A DNA stretch of 57,837 nucleotides, counting the filler, from Bipalium vagum (lineage: Eukaryota): assembly GCA_037834085.1 (NCBI GenBank). It is 3 parts of 3 records of this genome, joined end to end, with 100 filler letters (N's around TTAATTAATTAA, not from the genome) between each part and the next. Parts side by side here need not be neighbours in the genome. Positions count along the whole stretch, not along the records: positions 1 to 17,653 come from JBBMKC010057137.1; positions 17,754 to 36,942 come from JBBMKC010008045.1; 1 more part is not named here. One strand, given 5' to 3'. Within the stretch, counting starts at the first letter, position 1, and each line of letters opens with the position of its first letter. Of the stretch, positions 13,553 to 25,269 are shown piece after piece. The position numbers were made by a program, and so were the translations under genes. Below the pieces are notes generated by a model, which was not told where the DNA came from, ran no database searches, and worked only from the letters and a program-made list of their open reading frames with translations.

Positions 13553-14110
13553 TTATATATTATTCAACCATACTTCTTTTTCGATTTTGACGCAGTAATC
13601 AGCAGCTTCCTCGAAAGTTTTAACATAATACTGACAATCACCTTTATTACAATAATCCTTTTTGTTGCAAGCACAATCATGACATCCATCGTTAAATCTG
13701 AACGTTTTCAATATTTAATAAATAATATTAATTCTTTTTAATTAATTTTACTTATATTCTGGAAATCTATTTTTACAGAACTGCGTATAATTTTGAATGC
13801 AATTCATTGGTATATTGGCTGGCTTCCTGTTTTCACCGCTCTCAGGTTCATTCGAATATTTATTTTCATCGTTCTCCGGACTTCCAGTTATTTCTGCATT
13901 AGGTGCATTTATCGTTGATGAGATCTCTAAAGTTTGATAATTTTCTGATTGATAGTTTATTAAATCATAAGAAACTTTACCGGATTTTTGTTTTCCATCA
14001 TTTGAATAGTTTAAGGAAAATGACGACTCGTCAAGAGACTTATCTTTTTGCGTTTCAATATATGTTGAAAATGATAAAATCAGTAAAATAGTAATGCTGT
14101 GAATATACAT
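13553..14110 (-). CDS. Secreted cysteine-rich protein (167 aa) with a pacifastin-like protease-inhibitor Cys pattern
   Basis: Exons 14110-13752 and 13697-13553 with a 54-bp GT-AG intron in phase 2. N-terminal signal peptide MYIHSITILLILSFS. C-terminal CKNRFPEYKFNDGCHDCACNKKDYCNKGDC. Confidence 0.8.
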
Positions 14111-16928
14111 TGATCTGGTTGGGGATAATTATTATAAATATTTTTTATGATTAAAGTAAAAAATTATGAATGATTATTGTTTATAGCACTGTCTTGGTCA
14201 CATAAATTAGAGCAAATAGACAAGTCATGTACACATCTACTTTAATAAATTAATAAAATGAACTGGATAAATTTTGAGGATCAAATAATACTGGCATATT
14301 TATTTATAAAATTTACAATAGCACAATGAATTAAATAGTAAAAATGTATAGGAATAAATAAATTTTTGTAGATTTCGAAAAATTCAATATTATCAAAATT
14401 TAAGAAAAAATATTAAACATATTAATTACTTTTTATATTAAATATGTGTAAATATATATGTAAATATATATACCTTTTTAATATTGAATACTTTTTAATA
14501 AAATTAAAATAAAACGAAAATTTTATGTATCTCATCTTTAAAAAATGTATTCAAAATAATAAAATAATAGTAAAAATATTATGTAAATAATTTGTTTGGT
14601 TATGACCCTAATAATAACAAGAACAAAAAACCATAATAATAATAAAGGATAGTAATAATAATAAAATTTATAATAACGAAATAATTTTTTCTTTAAAAAA
14701 GCTGAAGCTGACTAGAAACTAATTAGCCATTGAAGGCTTAATAGCGAAAATTAATTATTTTAACCTAATGGGCCAAAGAATTGTTTTCTCCTTAATGATG
14801 AAAGTAATTACTTCTAGACAGAATTACTGCCTGAAATAATTACTTTATTGGTGGGGCAGTAATCTTGCATGGATTAATTACCTGAGTTGGTAAATCTGAC
14901 TTAATGAATTTTGTTTTGATGCCCGACTGAGTTGCTACTGGTAGGTTGGCGTGGTTCAAGTTGTAGTTCTTGCAAGCGAAAAGTTTACTGAATCATGGTT
15001 AACTGTTTTTGTAAAAAGAAATAAAATTCAGCGGTGAATCTCGTGATTATTTATTTGAGCATATCCCTTAATTTCTCAGAAGGAGGCCAAGGTTCTATTA
15101 AGCTCCACCAACATCGAATGACCTAATAAGAAATTCGTTGTTGACCCATGAATCCGATGATTGTTGATGAGAGCGCTTTTTACTTTTTTATTGTTATTTT
15201 AATTTTGATATGATTATTACTACTTTTTTCTATCTCTAATAATATCATTTTTATAATATCGTCATGATATTTTTTATTGTTGTCATTGAAATTAATTGCC
15301 TGTATTATTTATCAAACTAATAGTATCTATATCTAATCATTTTAACATCTTACGTTTTGTTAATATTTTGATCTACTGACTTGAATCTAGAATTGACGGG
15401 GTACTATTTTTGGAAGTTGTTGACTATTTTGTGACAGTTTATGTGACATTTGAAAATTGTTTTGAAACTTATTGTGCAATCTTGTCATTATTGTTCTGGG
15501 AAAACAAAAATGTATCATCTTAGTGTTAGAGTTATTTGTTCAGAGTTATTGTGAGTTTAATTGGAATAAAATATAAGATATAAGATATTAAAGAAATTCG
15601 TACACTAACTTCAATGTACCATATAAAATCAGATAAGAATAATTAATCTTTCTTTTTGACAGTGAAACTTCATTTGGTTAGAGGAAAAGGTATTCCCACA
15701 TTTTATTAATTATATCCTTGCTTGAAATTTGAATCTATAAATTTAATTGATTTTTTCGAAAAATATGAGATGTGTATTAAGGAAAACTATACTTTGAAAA
15801 CAAGACCAAGATTTTTTTCATTTTTTACAATAATTTTAATTTTCTTATAATAACTATCATTTATTAACCACTTGCTTCGCTCGTTTCTCGAAACACCATT
15901 ATTTTAGTTTTAAAAAAATATAAAAATAAAAAGTCAATTATTTTCTTAAAAATTAGAAATTTAAATTTTTGAAATAAAATAATAAAACTTAAAAAAATCA
16001 AAATTCATATTAAAAAATAAACTCATTATTTTGTGTCATTTGTCAAAAAGATTGTAAAACACTTACAGGTTTATTATAATAAAAAATAATAATAATATTA
16101 TTAATAATAATATTAATAATAATACAAACAATTTTTTACAACTGAATTTAGAAAATTATAATAATGAAAATAATATTACTTTAGAAAATCGATTTTACAA
16201 ATCTTTAAAAGACAATTTAATTTTTATTCCAAAAATTAAAAATCAATGCTTTATCATATCCAAAATGGAAGATTTTTAAATCATTAAAATTGTCATTTAA
16301 TTTAAATAATTTTTTTCATCCAACAGATTCAGAATTTTGGTAGTTCTTCTCATTTAACTCTTTAAATTGATGATTTAAAAATGTTAAAAGGAAGGATATT
16401 TGTCCCTTTCCTTTTAAATCTCATTTAGTGTTAAAATGTCCAAAAGCAACTAACATAGAACCTAAGCACTAAAATCGAATTTTTTCAATTTTTTTCTGAT
16501 TATATAAAAATTATAAAAAACTGATTTCAATCGAGCACCAATCTTTTGTCCTAAAATTGAAAAAGAAAGACAGATTAAATAAATACAAACTCAAATTTTC
16601 TGAATTTTTTGGTTATTATGATTTTTTTGATAATAAATAATTAAATGATATTAAATAATTCTTCCTTTAAAGGAATAATTTTTTTTCCTTTTTTATATTT
16701 ATACTCTCCTTTTTTTAGAAATTATTTTAGTAGTTTAAGTGCAAAAAACGAAAAATACGTAAATTAATTATTTAATAAAAATGTGTCTATCCTTTGAAAA
16801 ACATTAAAAAAATATAAGAGGAAATATAAAAAATATTAAACCTAAATGATGTCAATACTTTTTATTTGAGGAAATTACTCTCAAAGTTGTTTGAATAAAT
16901 CTGCAACTCTCAGAATATAATTTCCCAA

Positions 16929-17387
16929 ATGAATATAAACAACAATAGCGATAATGTCAATGAAACACATTCAAACATGACGAACGAAGGTTATTTTAAT
17001 AATAAAATTGATTTACTCAACGATATTTACAAAGAAAAAATTAATCTTCTCAGTACACAAACGATTAATATGGAAGATGAATTACAAGTCTTTCAATTTT
17101 TTAATTGGAACGAACCCTTATATGATGCTGATGAAGAACTTTTAATCGATTCCAGAATTGTCGTTAAACATTTCGATTTTGGTACTACTCAAAATTTAAG
17201 CACAGAAAACTCAAATGTCACAATGAGTTTAAATATATCAGATTCAGATAATTCTGAGGAATATAAAGGCGATGAAAGTAACAGATTCGATACCCTGGGC
17301 AAACAAAGTAACAAAAAGAATAAGAAAAGTCTTTTGTCAAGGTTATTTAAACAAAAATTAAAGGAAAAGAAAGAAAATGAAATCTAA
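16929..17387 (+). CDS. Hypothetical 152-aa single-exon orphan protein (acidic middle, basic C-terminus)
   Basis: ATG-initiated 459-bp ORF, long for DNA this AT-rich; no recognised domain. Confidence 0.45.
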   Translation: MNINNNSDNVNETHSNMTNEGYFNNKIDLLNDIYKEKINLLSTQTINMEDELQVFQFFNWNEPLYDADEELLIDSRIVVKHFDFGTTQNLSTENSNVTMSLNISDSDNSEEYKGDESNRFDTLGKQSNKKNKKSLLSRLFKQKLKEKKENEI

Positions 17388-17585
17388 ATAATAATTTAAC
17401 TACTTACTTTTTTGTTTTCAAATACTTTTTATTTTGGACTTAAGAGATTTATCACAAAAATATGGTTTACTTTTAATTAACTATATTTATTGGATTTAAT
17501 TAAATTTAATGTATCGAAACGTGATGTTAAGGGGTTTTAAAGGGACTAGATAATATTGAGCCAATTTTCAGGGTCCATAAAAAGA

Positions 17586-17653
<68 letters not shown>

Positions 17654-17753
17654 NNNNNNNNNNNNNNNNNNNNNNNNNNNNNNNNNNNNNNNNNNNNTTA
17701 ATTAATTAANNNNNNNNNNNNNNNNNNNNNNNNNNNNNNNNNNNNNNNNNNNN

Positions 17754-17815
<62 letters not shown>

Positions 17816-17830
17816 TTATTATTATTATTA
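17586..17830. other. (AAT)n / (TTA)n microsatellites flanking a 100-bp scaffold gap (17654-17753) with artificial TTAATTAATTAA linker
   Basis: N44-TTAATTAATTAA-N44, identical in form to the gap at 36943-37042. Confidence 0.95.
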
Positions 17831-18067
17831 CTTGATATATTTGAAATTAAGTTTAGCTATACGGTTTTTAATGAGATATTTTCTAAAAACAGATCAGAAA
17901 ATTCTTCCTGTTTAAGTTTACTATGATTTATAAATATAAAATTTGATCCTGAAAATTTCTATGAAATTTATAAGTAGTTGTCTTTCACTATTGATTTTCA
18001 TTAAGAAATATTCTTCCCATATTTTATATTATATTATTGTTTAATTAAAATGAATTTAATTCATAAA

Positions 18068-18872
18068 ATTATATTTTCTCTTCTGATGAAAGACCATATA
18101 AATGTGCTTGAACCTCTTCGATTCTCATCGTAATTGATTCTTTTACGTTAAGGGAAATAAACCTTCCTTCTTGCCTTGAAGGACATTTTATTGACTTTCA
18201 TCTATTTTCTTCGTGCATTTTGGCTTGAATTTTCTTGTTGTTTTTGTCATTGCATTTTTTCACTAGAAATTCCAACTTATTTGTTTAAATGTGAAGCCAA
18301 TTTATGACATTATTAATGGTTCTTTTGGCATAGAAATTATTCAGAGAAAAAAAAAATATATATCACACAAGTTTCGTTGACAAACATTTGACTTTCGAAT
18401 AATATTTCTGTGAAGCATTAATTTCTTTCTTTGAACTGGTTCAATGTGAGATTTGAACTTGTGCACCTTAGCCTGTTTTAAAGATGGAAACTGTCGACCA
18501 CAAATAACACAGACCCAATTATCAGAACCACTTGGACTAACAATTATTCCTTCTACTAAACAAATTAATAACATTAATTCTCGTGGACAATAAAAAGTAC
18601 AATATAGACCCTTCTATTGATCAGGGATAAGCATTTACATTGCTTGTTTTCCGTTTGTAAATAAATAACGGTTTCGTTGTCGAACTTGAAACAAAAAACT
18701 ATTGAAAACTACCACTTCATTATTATTCCGACACTGTGAAAACATCAAAAAAATACTTCAGAAAATATTCCTCAGATTGCAGCAAAAGATAATCTCCCGA
18801 TTCATGTCATTCATTATGGGAAATATTAGCTGGTTCCTTTGGACTTTTGACAGTTTCTTTCATTAAATACAT
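18068..18872 (-). pseudogene. Decayed C2H2 zinc-finger gene
   Basis: Intact finger WVCVICGRQFPSLKQAKVHKFKSH and C-terminal IEEVQAH, similar to the finger gene at 20886-21260; interrupted by stops and frameshifts. Confidence 0.55.
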
Positions 18873-19699
18873 AGTTTTTATTCAACAACTAACAAGCTTG
18901 ACAGGTGATCATGATTATGACAGCTTGTAAATAATTTTATAAACATTTTCTTATCAAATTATAAATATAATTAATAATTATTTTTATTATTCTTTATTTG
19001 TTATCAAATTTGTAATTTGTACAACAAATTTTAAAGAGGGAATCAAATGTCTAACCTGTCAAAATAAATGATATTTTCAATTTTATCTTTATTTTATTTT
19101 TTATAATAATTAATATAATAACTGATTGTAAATATTTGGCCTGATAAATCAATATATCTGTAACTTATATTCATAAAGTCAGCAAGTTCTAATTTGCACT
19201 GTTCTCCTTGTCTGTTACAAAGCGTTTTATATTATTCAGAAAAACTTAAAATAATAAAATAGAGTTTTAATTTAATAGAGATTTACGTGTCTTATTATTG
19301 CTTATCAATATATATTTAAAGGTATTAGTCGATATTTTAAAATATTTTGCTTTAAAGTTAGTATATGAAAGATGGACAATATTTTTACTGCAGCCTAATA
19401 TATATAATATAATATAATGATATATAATATAAATTCGAGGCACATTTTCAAAACAGATGGAAATGTTTTATTTTTTGAAGTCCTATATTTATTTGCAATT
19501 ATTTCTTGATATATTATTCATCAGAGGATATAAATCTATTGATTGGTAAAAATTTTGTTATGACTTGTTTTAATTTTCACAGACTAATATATATGTGAAT
19601 ATATAAAATATTCTGTTTTTTAAAAAGAAAATATCGAAAGTGCGCCAAAAAATTACAATATGTTATATAAAATAAGAAAATTATATTAAAAATATAAAT

Positions 19700-20560
19700 A
19701 TAAAATTTTTTGTTCGAAAAATTAAGGAATGTGAACAAAAGTGTTTGAAAATTAAAAGGAGATTTGCTGCTGTTGACAATATTGCTAGAAAAGCTAAGAA
19801 TTTGATAAGCCACTATTAATTGAACTACCAGTTGGTAAGTGCATTTGGTTTTATTTTCCACAAAACAGAATTCCATTAAAGAATCGTCACTTTATCTCTG
19901 GAAGTTAACAATACATTTGCAGACCCCTCGGAAAAAGAACATTTTTCTAATCAAATCTTGAAACAATATAACTTTTTAAAACATGAACAGAATTCATTTT
20001 TGTAGAAAAAACGTCTGAATATCAAATCACCGCTTCATCTGCTGATATCGGAAATACAATTCCTAAAGCGAACTGTTACACTATTTTCTGTTACAGAGAA
20101 TCGACATACCTAACCAAAGTTGCACTAGCACAAATTATTGATTTTAACCGACTGATAGAGTTTTTCGATTTTCACAACGTTTGAAAGAATCGAAGATTAC
20201 CAATGATGAATATAAAAACCATTGTTCAATGTTTATGTCATGACATGTATGTTTAATAAACTATGTTTAATGATGGACCTTACACAAAGGTTAAATGATA
20301 ACATAATTCATAGAAATGATAAGAAAGATCTCTTGCAATCATTGGCCTTTATCACCATGATTGTTGAAAAACCAATATCTATCATCATGGAGAGTAATGG
20401 CAAAGATCTGACAAATGTAAATCCGAATCCAACTTCTATTTAAAATTGAACATTTTCCAAAGTAATTAAAACAAATTCTAGACAATTTGTCTCTTGACAT
20501 TTTTCCTGATAGAAATATGTTTCAATAAATACAAATGATATTTTTCTCCAATTATCGTCA
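19700..20560 (+). pseudogene. Coding-like decayed sequence, possibly a further zinc-finger pseudogene
   Basis: Higher complexity than the flanks with scattered Cys/His fragments; no continuous frame. Confidence 0.25.
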
Positions 20561-20885
20561 ATTTTTAATTAATTACTTCCTGCTCTTTAATAAAACAAAA
20601 CGTTATGTCTTTTTTAATAATATTATTATTGGAGCAGAAAAAACTGTACTGAATTAAATTTTTATATTTATCAATTTTAATGAAAGATATTTTCATTTGT
20701 TTATTACATGATAGAAATAGTTTTCATCATTTATTATTATAAGTTTTACATTAAAACATTTAAACAACAAAATAATCAAAAATAACTGAAGAATCACGGA
20801 AAAATTTTACAATAATTAACCGTTGGAAAATAAATATTGGATTGAATCCATAAATCACAAATATTTGACAAAATTACATATATCA

Positions 20886-21260
20886 CTAACCCCCGTTTGG
20901 ATTGGCAGAACGTTTCCGTTTACGGATCAAATGGACTTTCTCAAAGTGGATTCTCGAAGCATAAGCGTGAACAAAAGACAAATCACATTTGGAACATTGG
21001 AAAAAGTTATTGAAGTCCACCAAATGATTGGAAATCGATTCCGTACTGAGATCGTATATCTTCAATGTTTTACTGTCGAAATTGGTGGTTTCCAGTTTCG
21101 ATTCCACGGTATCGATGTGGGCTTCCGTTGAATCGTGTTTTTCTGCTATATGATCCTGTACTTTTTCAATCGACGGAAACAGTTTGCCACAAAATACACA
21201 ATTGACCTCTTCATCAAACACGATTTCCTCCGATTCAAGACCGGTATGGTCGTTTGTCAT
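20886..21260 (-). CDS. Small two-finger C2H2 zinc-finger protein (124 aa)
   Basis: CVFCGKLFPSIEKVQDHIAEKH and CSKCDLSFVHAYASRIHFEKVH; NLS-like RKRKR; polypyrimidine tract and TTTTAG acceptor 6 nt before the ATG. Confidence 0.8.
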   Translation of the reverse strand: MTNDHTGLESEEIVFDEEVNCVFCGKLFPSIEKVQDHIAEKHDSTEAHIDTVESKLETTNFDSKTLKIYDLSTESISNHLVDFNNFFQCSKCDLSFVHAYASRIHFEKVHLIRKRKRSANPNGG

Positions 21261-22479
21261 TTTCGACTAAAACGTTTAAAAAAAAATAAACGAAATCAAT
21301 TGCCGTCAGAAAAAAAACAACAAAGAATTATTATCATAAACAAATCGTCCATTCATCACTCCGGAACCGATTCAAACACAAGATAACAAAGGTTTCAGAA
21401 AAGAAACGACGAACGTCAAGTGATACCGACTTTCCAGACACCAAGGATATGAGTCACATTGGAATACGGAGAATGATGATGATGATGATGAACAAACGTT
21501 GATGAATTTAGTCATAAAATACGTTGAGACAAAAGTCAACAGAACATGTCAGTCAGCTGGTCTAAGAAAACCCTCATCAACTTTCAAAGAATGAACTGAT
21601 GTCATGCTCCGAAACCGTGCCCCGTCATTTTACTCACAAAACATGAGCAGTCCAAAAAGCCAGATAGAGATGCCAAATTTTCCCAAACACAAACACCGTT
21701 GTTTTTCTCACTTCACTTTGCCATAAATAGACATCAGAGAAATGATGAGATGCATCAAAGGGGAAAAAAGCGATTATCATTTGACTGCTGGCCCAAAAGA
21801 AAACAAAACGAAAAAAAAAACAATTGAAAGTCAAGAATACCTGTTCTATCATGTTCAAAGAGATCGATTTCTGAAAGTGAGAAACGTTAATATTGATTGA
21901 AAATTTAATCAATAAATGATAGAAACTTGCTTCAACAAATGGCTGATATCCGGATCCCATTTAATTTAGAAAATGTACCTCTTATCAATCATACTAGTTA
22001 ATACTTACTTCACCTCGCTTCAACCAATCATCGTTGAGTTCTGTATCTGCATCCCTTCACATGCTTGAAACAAGCATGTTGACTTGCTAGTCAAGCAATT
22101 ACCTCTTGTGTCAGAAGAAAAAGGAGGCTGGGAACGCTGATAACCAAACATAAGGGTTCTACAGAATCGTTGTGTGCGAAAACTGACGAAAATCTGTGTT
22201 GGAATTGGTGTCTTGATGAACCAAACGACATTAGTGATTGTCTCATCTTCGTTTATTAAATAATAATGTACGCTTGACAATCGTTAAAAACTTTGTTGCG
22301 AAAGATTTTTTTACTATACATATTTTTTAATAGCTTTGAAGTAAATGATTTTCTCTGTGAAATCGTTTAAAATTAATGTCTAATTATAATAGATAATGTT
22401 CTTAATTTTTATCTTAATGATATTTTCATGATTTCATGCATAAATATTGATGGATTTTATTTTTCCGGACTTCTTTTGA

Positions 22480-23200
22480 AGAAAATATGAAGACAGTAGA
22501 GATAAATTGAACGATTTTATGACATTTCATAACAGATCCTTTTTTATGGAAAAATATTTCTTGATATATCAGTTAATAATATTATATATTACCTTTAATA
22601 TATTTGCCAATGTTTATTTTGGATTTCCTATGAAGAAAATATCATCCAAAAATATAGTGTTCAGATAAATTTGACTAACTTGGTAATGAAGCTTCAATAA
22701 TTATATTTATTCACCAGAAATAAGCAAACCTTTCCTCTCTGTCTACACCATCTTATCATTGATTAACTAAGACTTGGGCAGCAGAAAGAGAATTCAATAT
22801 ACAGGAGTAGAGGAGTATATCTAAGGCATGCATGCCTTTTGACCTACTAGAAATCTAGTCAGTTAGGCAGAGAATCAACCACGCTTCTTGTTGACGGTCT
22901 TTTCACATATCGGATGCATGTCTCATTCAGTTAATCACGATATTGATTTTAACTACAACCTTTCCAAATACTAGTTTCTGATTTTAGTTTATCAGACTTC
23001 GTACAACTTTGAACAATAACCTTCATTAGATTAACCAGAGCCTCCAAAGATGATTATTTTCATAGTATAGCTTATATTTAATTCTAAAGATGTGAAGTTG
23101 GATACGAAATTATTATAATTCGTCTTGATAAATGAAAGAGATGAAGATAAAACGTGATAGTTTAATCTGATGAAATATACTTGGATAGTCATCTGAATAA
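22480..23200 (-). mobile_element. Highly decayed mariner-like remnant
   Basis: Fragments such as NETCIRY and RKGLL on the minus strand; many stops. Confidence 0.35.
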
Positions 23201-23380
23201 AATACGAAACCTATATAAAGAACAGTGTGAGGCTATAACATTTTTATTAAAAATGAAAAAATATAACATGTTAATTAGTTTAAAAAAATAAATGTTTTGT
23301 TTAAATAACCTTTAAAAGTAATATGCGCGAAATTTGGGACGGTTTAGTTAAATATTTAAATAATTAGGAAATTCGTTTTT

Positions 23381-24359
23381 ATGAATATTGAAAGAGCGTG
23401 TAACGTTAAAAAAGATTATAATGAAATAACATTAGGAGAACGTTTACCGTATATCGCTGATCCTAAAGATAAGATAGCTGTACAAAAATATAACGATATA
23501 TATTGTGTTCAATGCGAACAATCTATTGAATTTCTTCAAAAAAACGTATGATTCAATCAATTTTCTAAATAATTTTATTTTGGTTTTAGGGTTTTTATGG
23601 TAAACTAATGGAATCTCAGTTGTAAGTTTAATAATTGTTGCTGATTAATGTATTTTCTGAATTTTAGCAATGAAAATCCTGGACTTCCTAGAAACTATCT
23701 GCTATTATCAGATATAGAAGTTATTTTCCTTCTAATTGTTTTCGATTCAATATGTATCAAAAGTTTCGATAATAAAACGGTGATAATTGACACGATTTAT
23801 TTAAATTAATTCTGATTATTGACTTAGACTATTCCAGTCGACGAAATATGGTTGGGATGTATTGAAAAATATGGCGGGAGATTTTTATCGCTCTATGTCT
23901 GCTACCATTATTATCGATCATTCGGTTGGGTTGTGAGACCTGCACTTAGGTTTGGATCGGATTTCCTGTTGTATATTGCCAGTCCCGATCATTGTCATGC
24001 TTCATACAGTGTTTGTGTCAAGACTTACAATCCAAACACGTGTAGGGACCGTTTAACGGAAGAAGAATTATTCAATCAAGTTCGAGTTAGCCACTCAGTC
24101 TCTAAGGTTGATTATTAATTAATGTTTAAATAAAATCAATAATCTTTTCGTTATAGAGCACGATAATTTGTAAAGTTTCTGTCGATTCTAGTCGACCTTT
24201 GGCTGATTTGAGAGTAATTTATGATTGCAACGTTGAGGTAGAGTTTTTAGTTTAATGATTTTCGATTTATTGATTTTTCATTAACTTTGACAGGAATTTC
24301 ATATAACTCGCTTTGACCCCCATTATGAAATAAATTCAAAACCAGGTTCGAAAGTGTAA
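23381..24359 (+). CDS. TSEN2: tRNA-splicing endonuclease catalytic subunit Sen2 (244 aa)
   Basis: Exons 23381-23545, 23590-23621, 23668-23779, 23828-24106, 24157-24237, 24294-24359; all GT-AG and phase-consistent. Motifs GFYGK, YLLLSDIEVIFL, YHYYRSFGWVVR..LRFGSDFLLY, HASY, VSK (Tyr/His/Lys triad). Confidence 0.9.
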
Positions 24360-25269
24360 TAAATAAATCGATGATAATTTAAGCCTAAATAAATTTTTAA
24401 AGTAAATCGATATTTTTATATTTATCAAAAACTTTCCGAGTCAATATTGAAAAATGTGGCAACAAAAATCATTTTCAATTGTCAATAGTTCCTCTTTGGA
24501 CCGAATCCCTTTAAATCAGATCAAGCTTTCAAAAGCGAAAATTCTTTTCAGTTTTGAAAAGTTTGTCGGGTGAATCGAAACAGTGTTGCTAGGTGTTTAT
24601 ATCGTTTTTTCGAAGATTTTAAAGCTATTTTCTTATTGTTGTATGTGGATAACAGTTAATGACATAAATCGTGTGTATAACAGATTTCGTATAATATGCC
24701 CTTACTCAGAAAAATCAACTTAGACTCGTCTATTTCTACAGATATTTTTTTAACCAAGTCATTGCATTAAATTGTCCAGCAATCGTGAACTACAGTCTCT
24801 TGTATTGATAACTTAAGGTTATTATTTTATTATTAACATTTGTGAATTAGTACATTTGTCTCAATCTTAGTTAACTAGTAAAAATGCTTTTTTTTCTCTA
24901 ATGATTTTTCTAGTTTATATATTTTAATAAAAGAAATTCACCCAAATTTGATGATAAAAATAAATAAAGGATAGCTGTCAGTGAACAAGTGACTCCAAGC
25001 TGTCTTGTGTGGTTAATCTCGCGCACCTCCCCTTCAGAGAAGATAGTTACTCTGGACGAACCTACGTTACAATTCTTCGCTCGACAAAGCTTCTCTCGCA
25101 TCTATTTTTGTCTGATAGTTAAGGGATGGGACCCCAGAGGAAGGTGTACATGTTCAATCTTTTTTGGTCTTACAATCTTATTTCATTCCGATGTCTCCAG
25201 TATAGTTTAATTATTAAATATTACGTAGATAATTCAAATATACAAGACGGGTTAAATTAAGAAAAATAA

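Noticed and set aside
17698-17709. TTAATTAATTAA palindrome inside N runs (also 36987-36998)
   Set aside because: Artificial scaffolding linker, not biological.
20823-21386. Plus-strand ORFs 20823-21131 and 21135-21386 and similar antisense ORFs (29313-29913, 51407-51601, 52661-52858)
   Set aside because: Shadow ORFs opposite real exons or transposases.
21596-21632. Hammerhead-like CTGATG...GAAAC...GTC on the + strand
   Set aside because: The core is CTGATGT, and stems I and II cannot form.
21540-21632. SECIS-like ATGA...AAA...GA hairpin on the minus strand
   Set aside because: ATGA-to-AA spacing is wrong and there is no selenoprotein ORF upstream.
22888-22925. GACGGTCTT...GCATG resembling a flatworm spliced leader
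   Set aside because: No GT donor after the ATG, no Sm site, and it lies in a decayed mariner.
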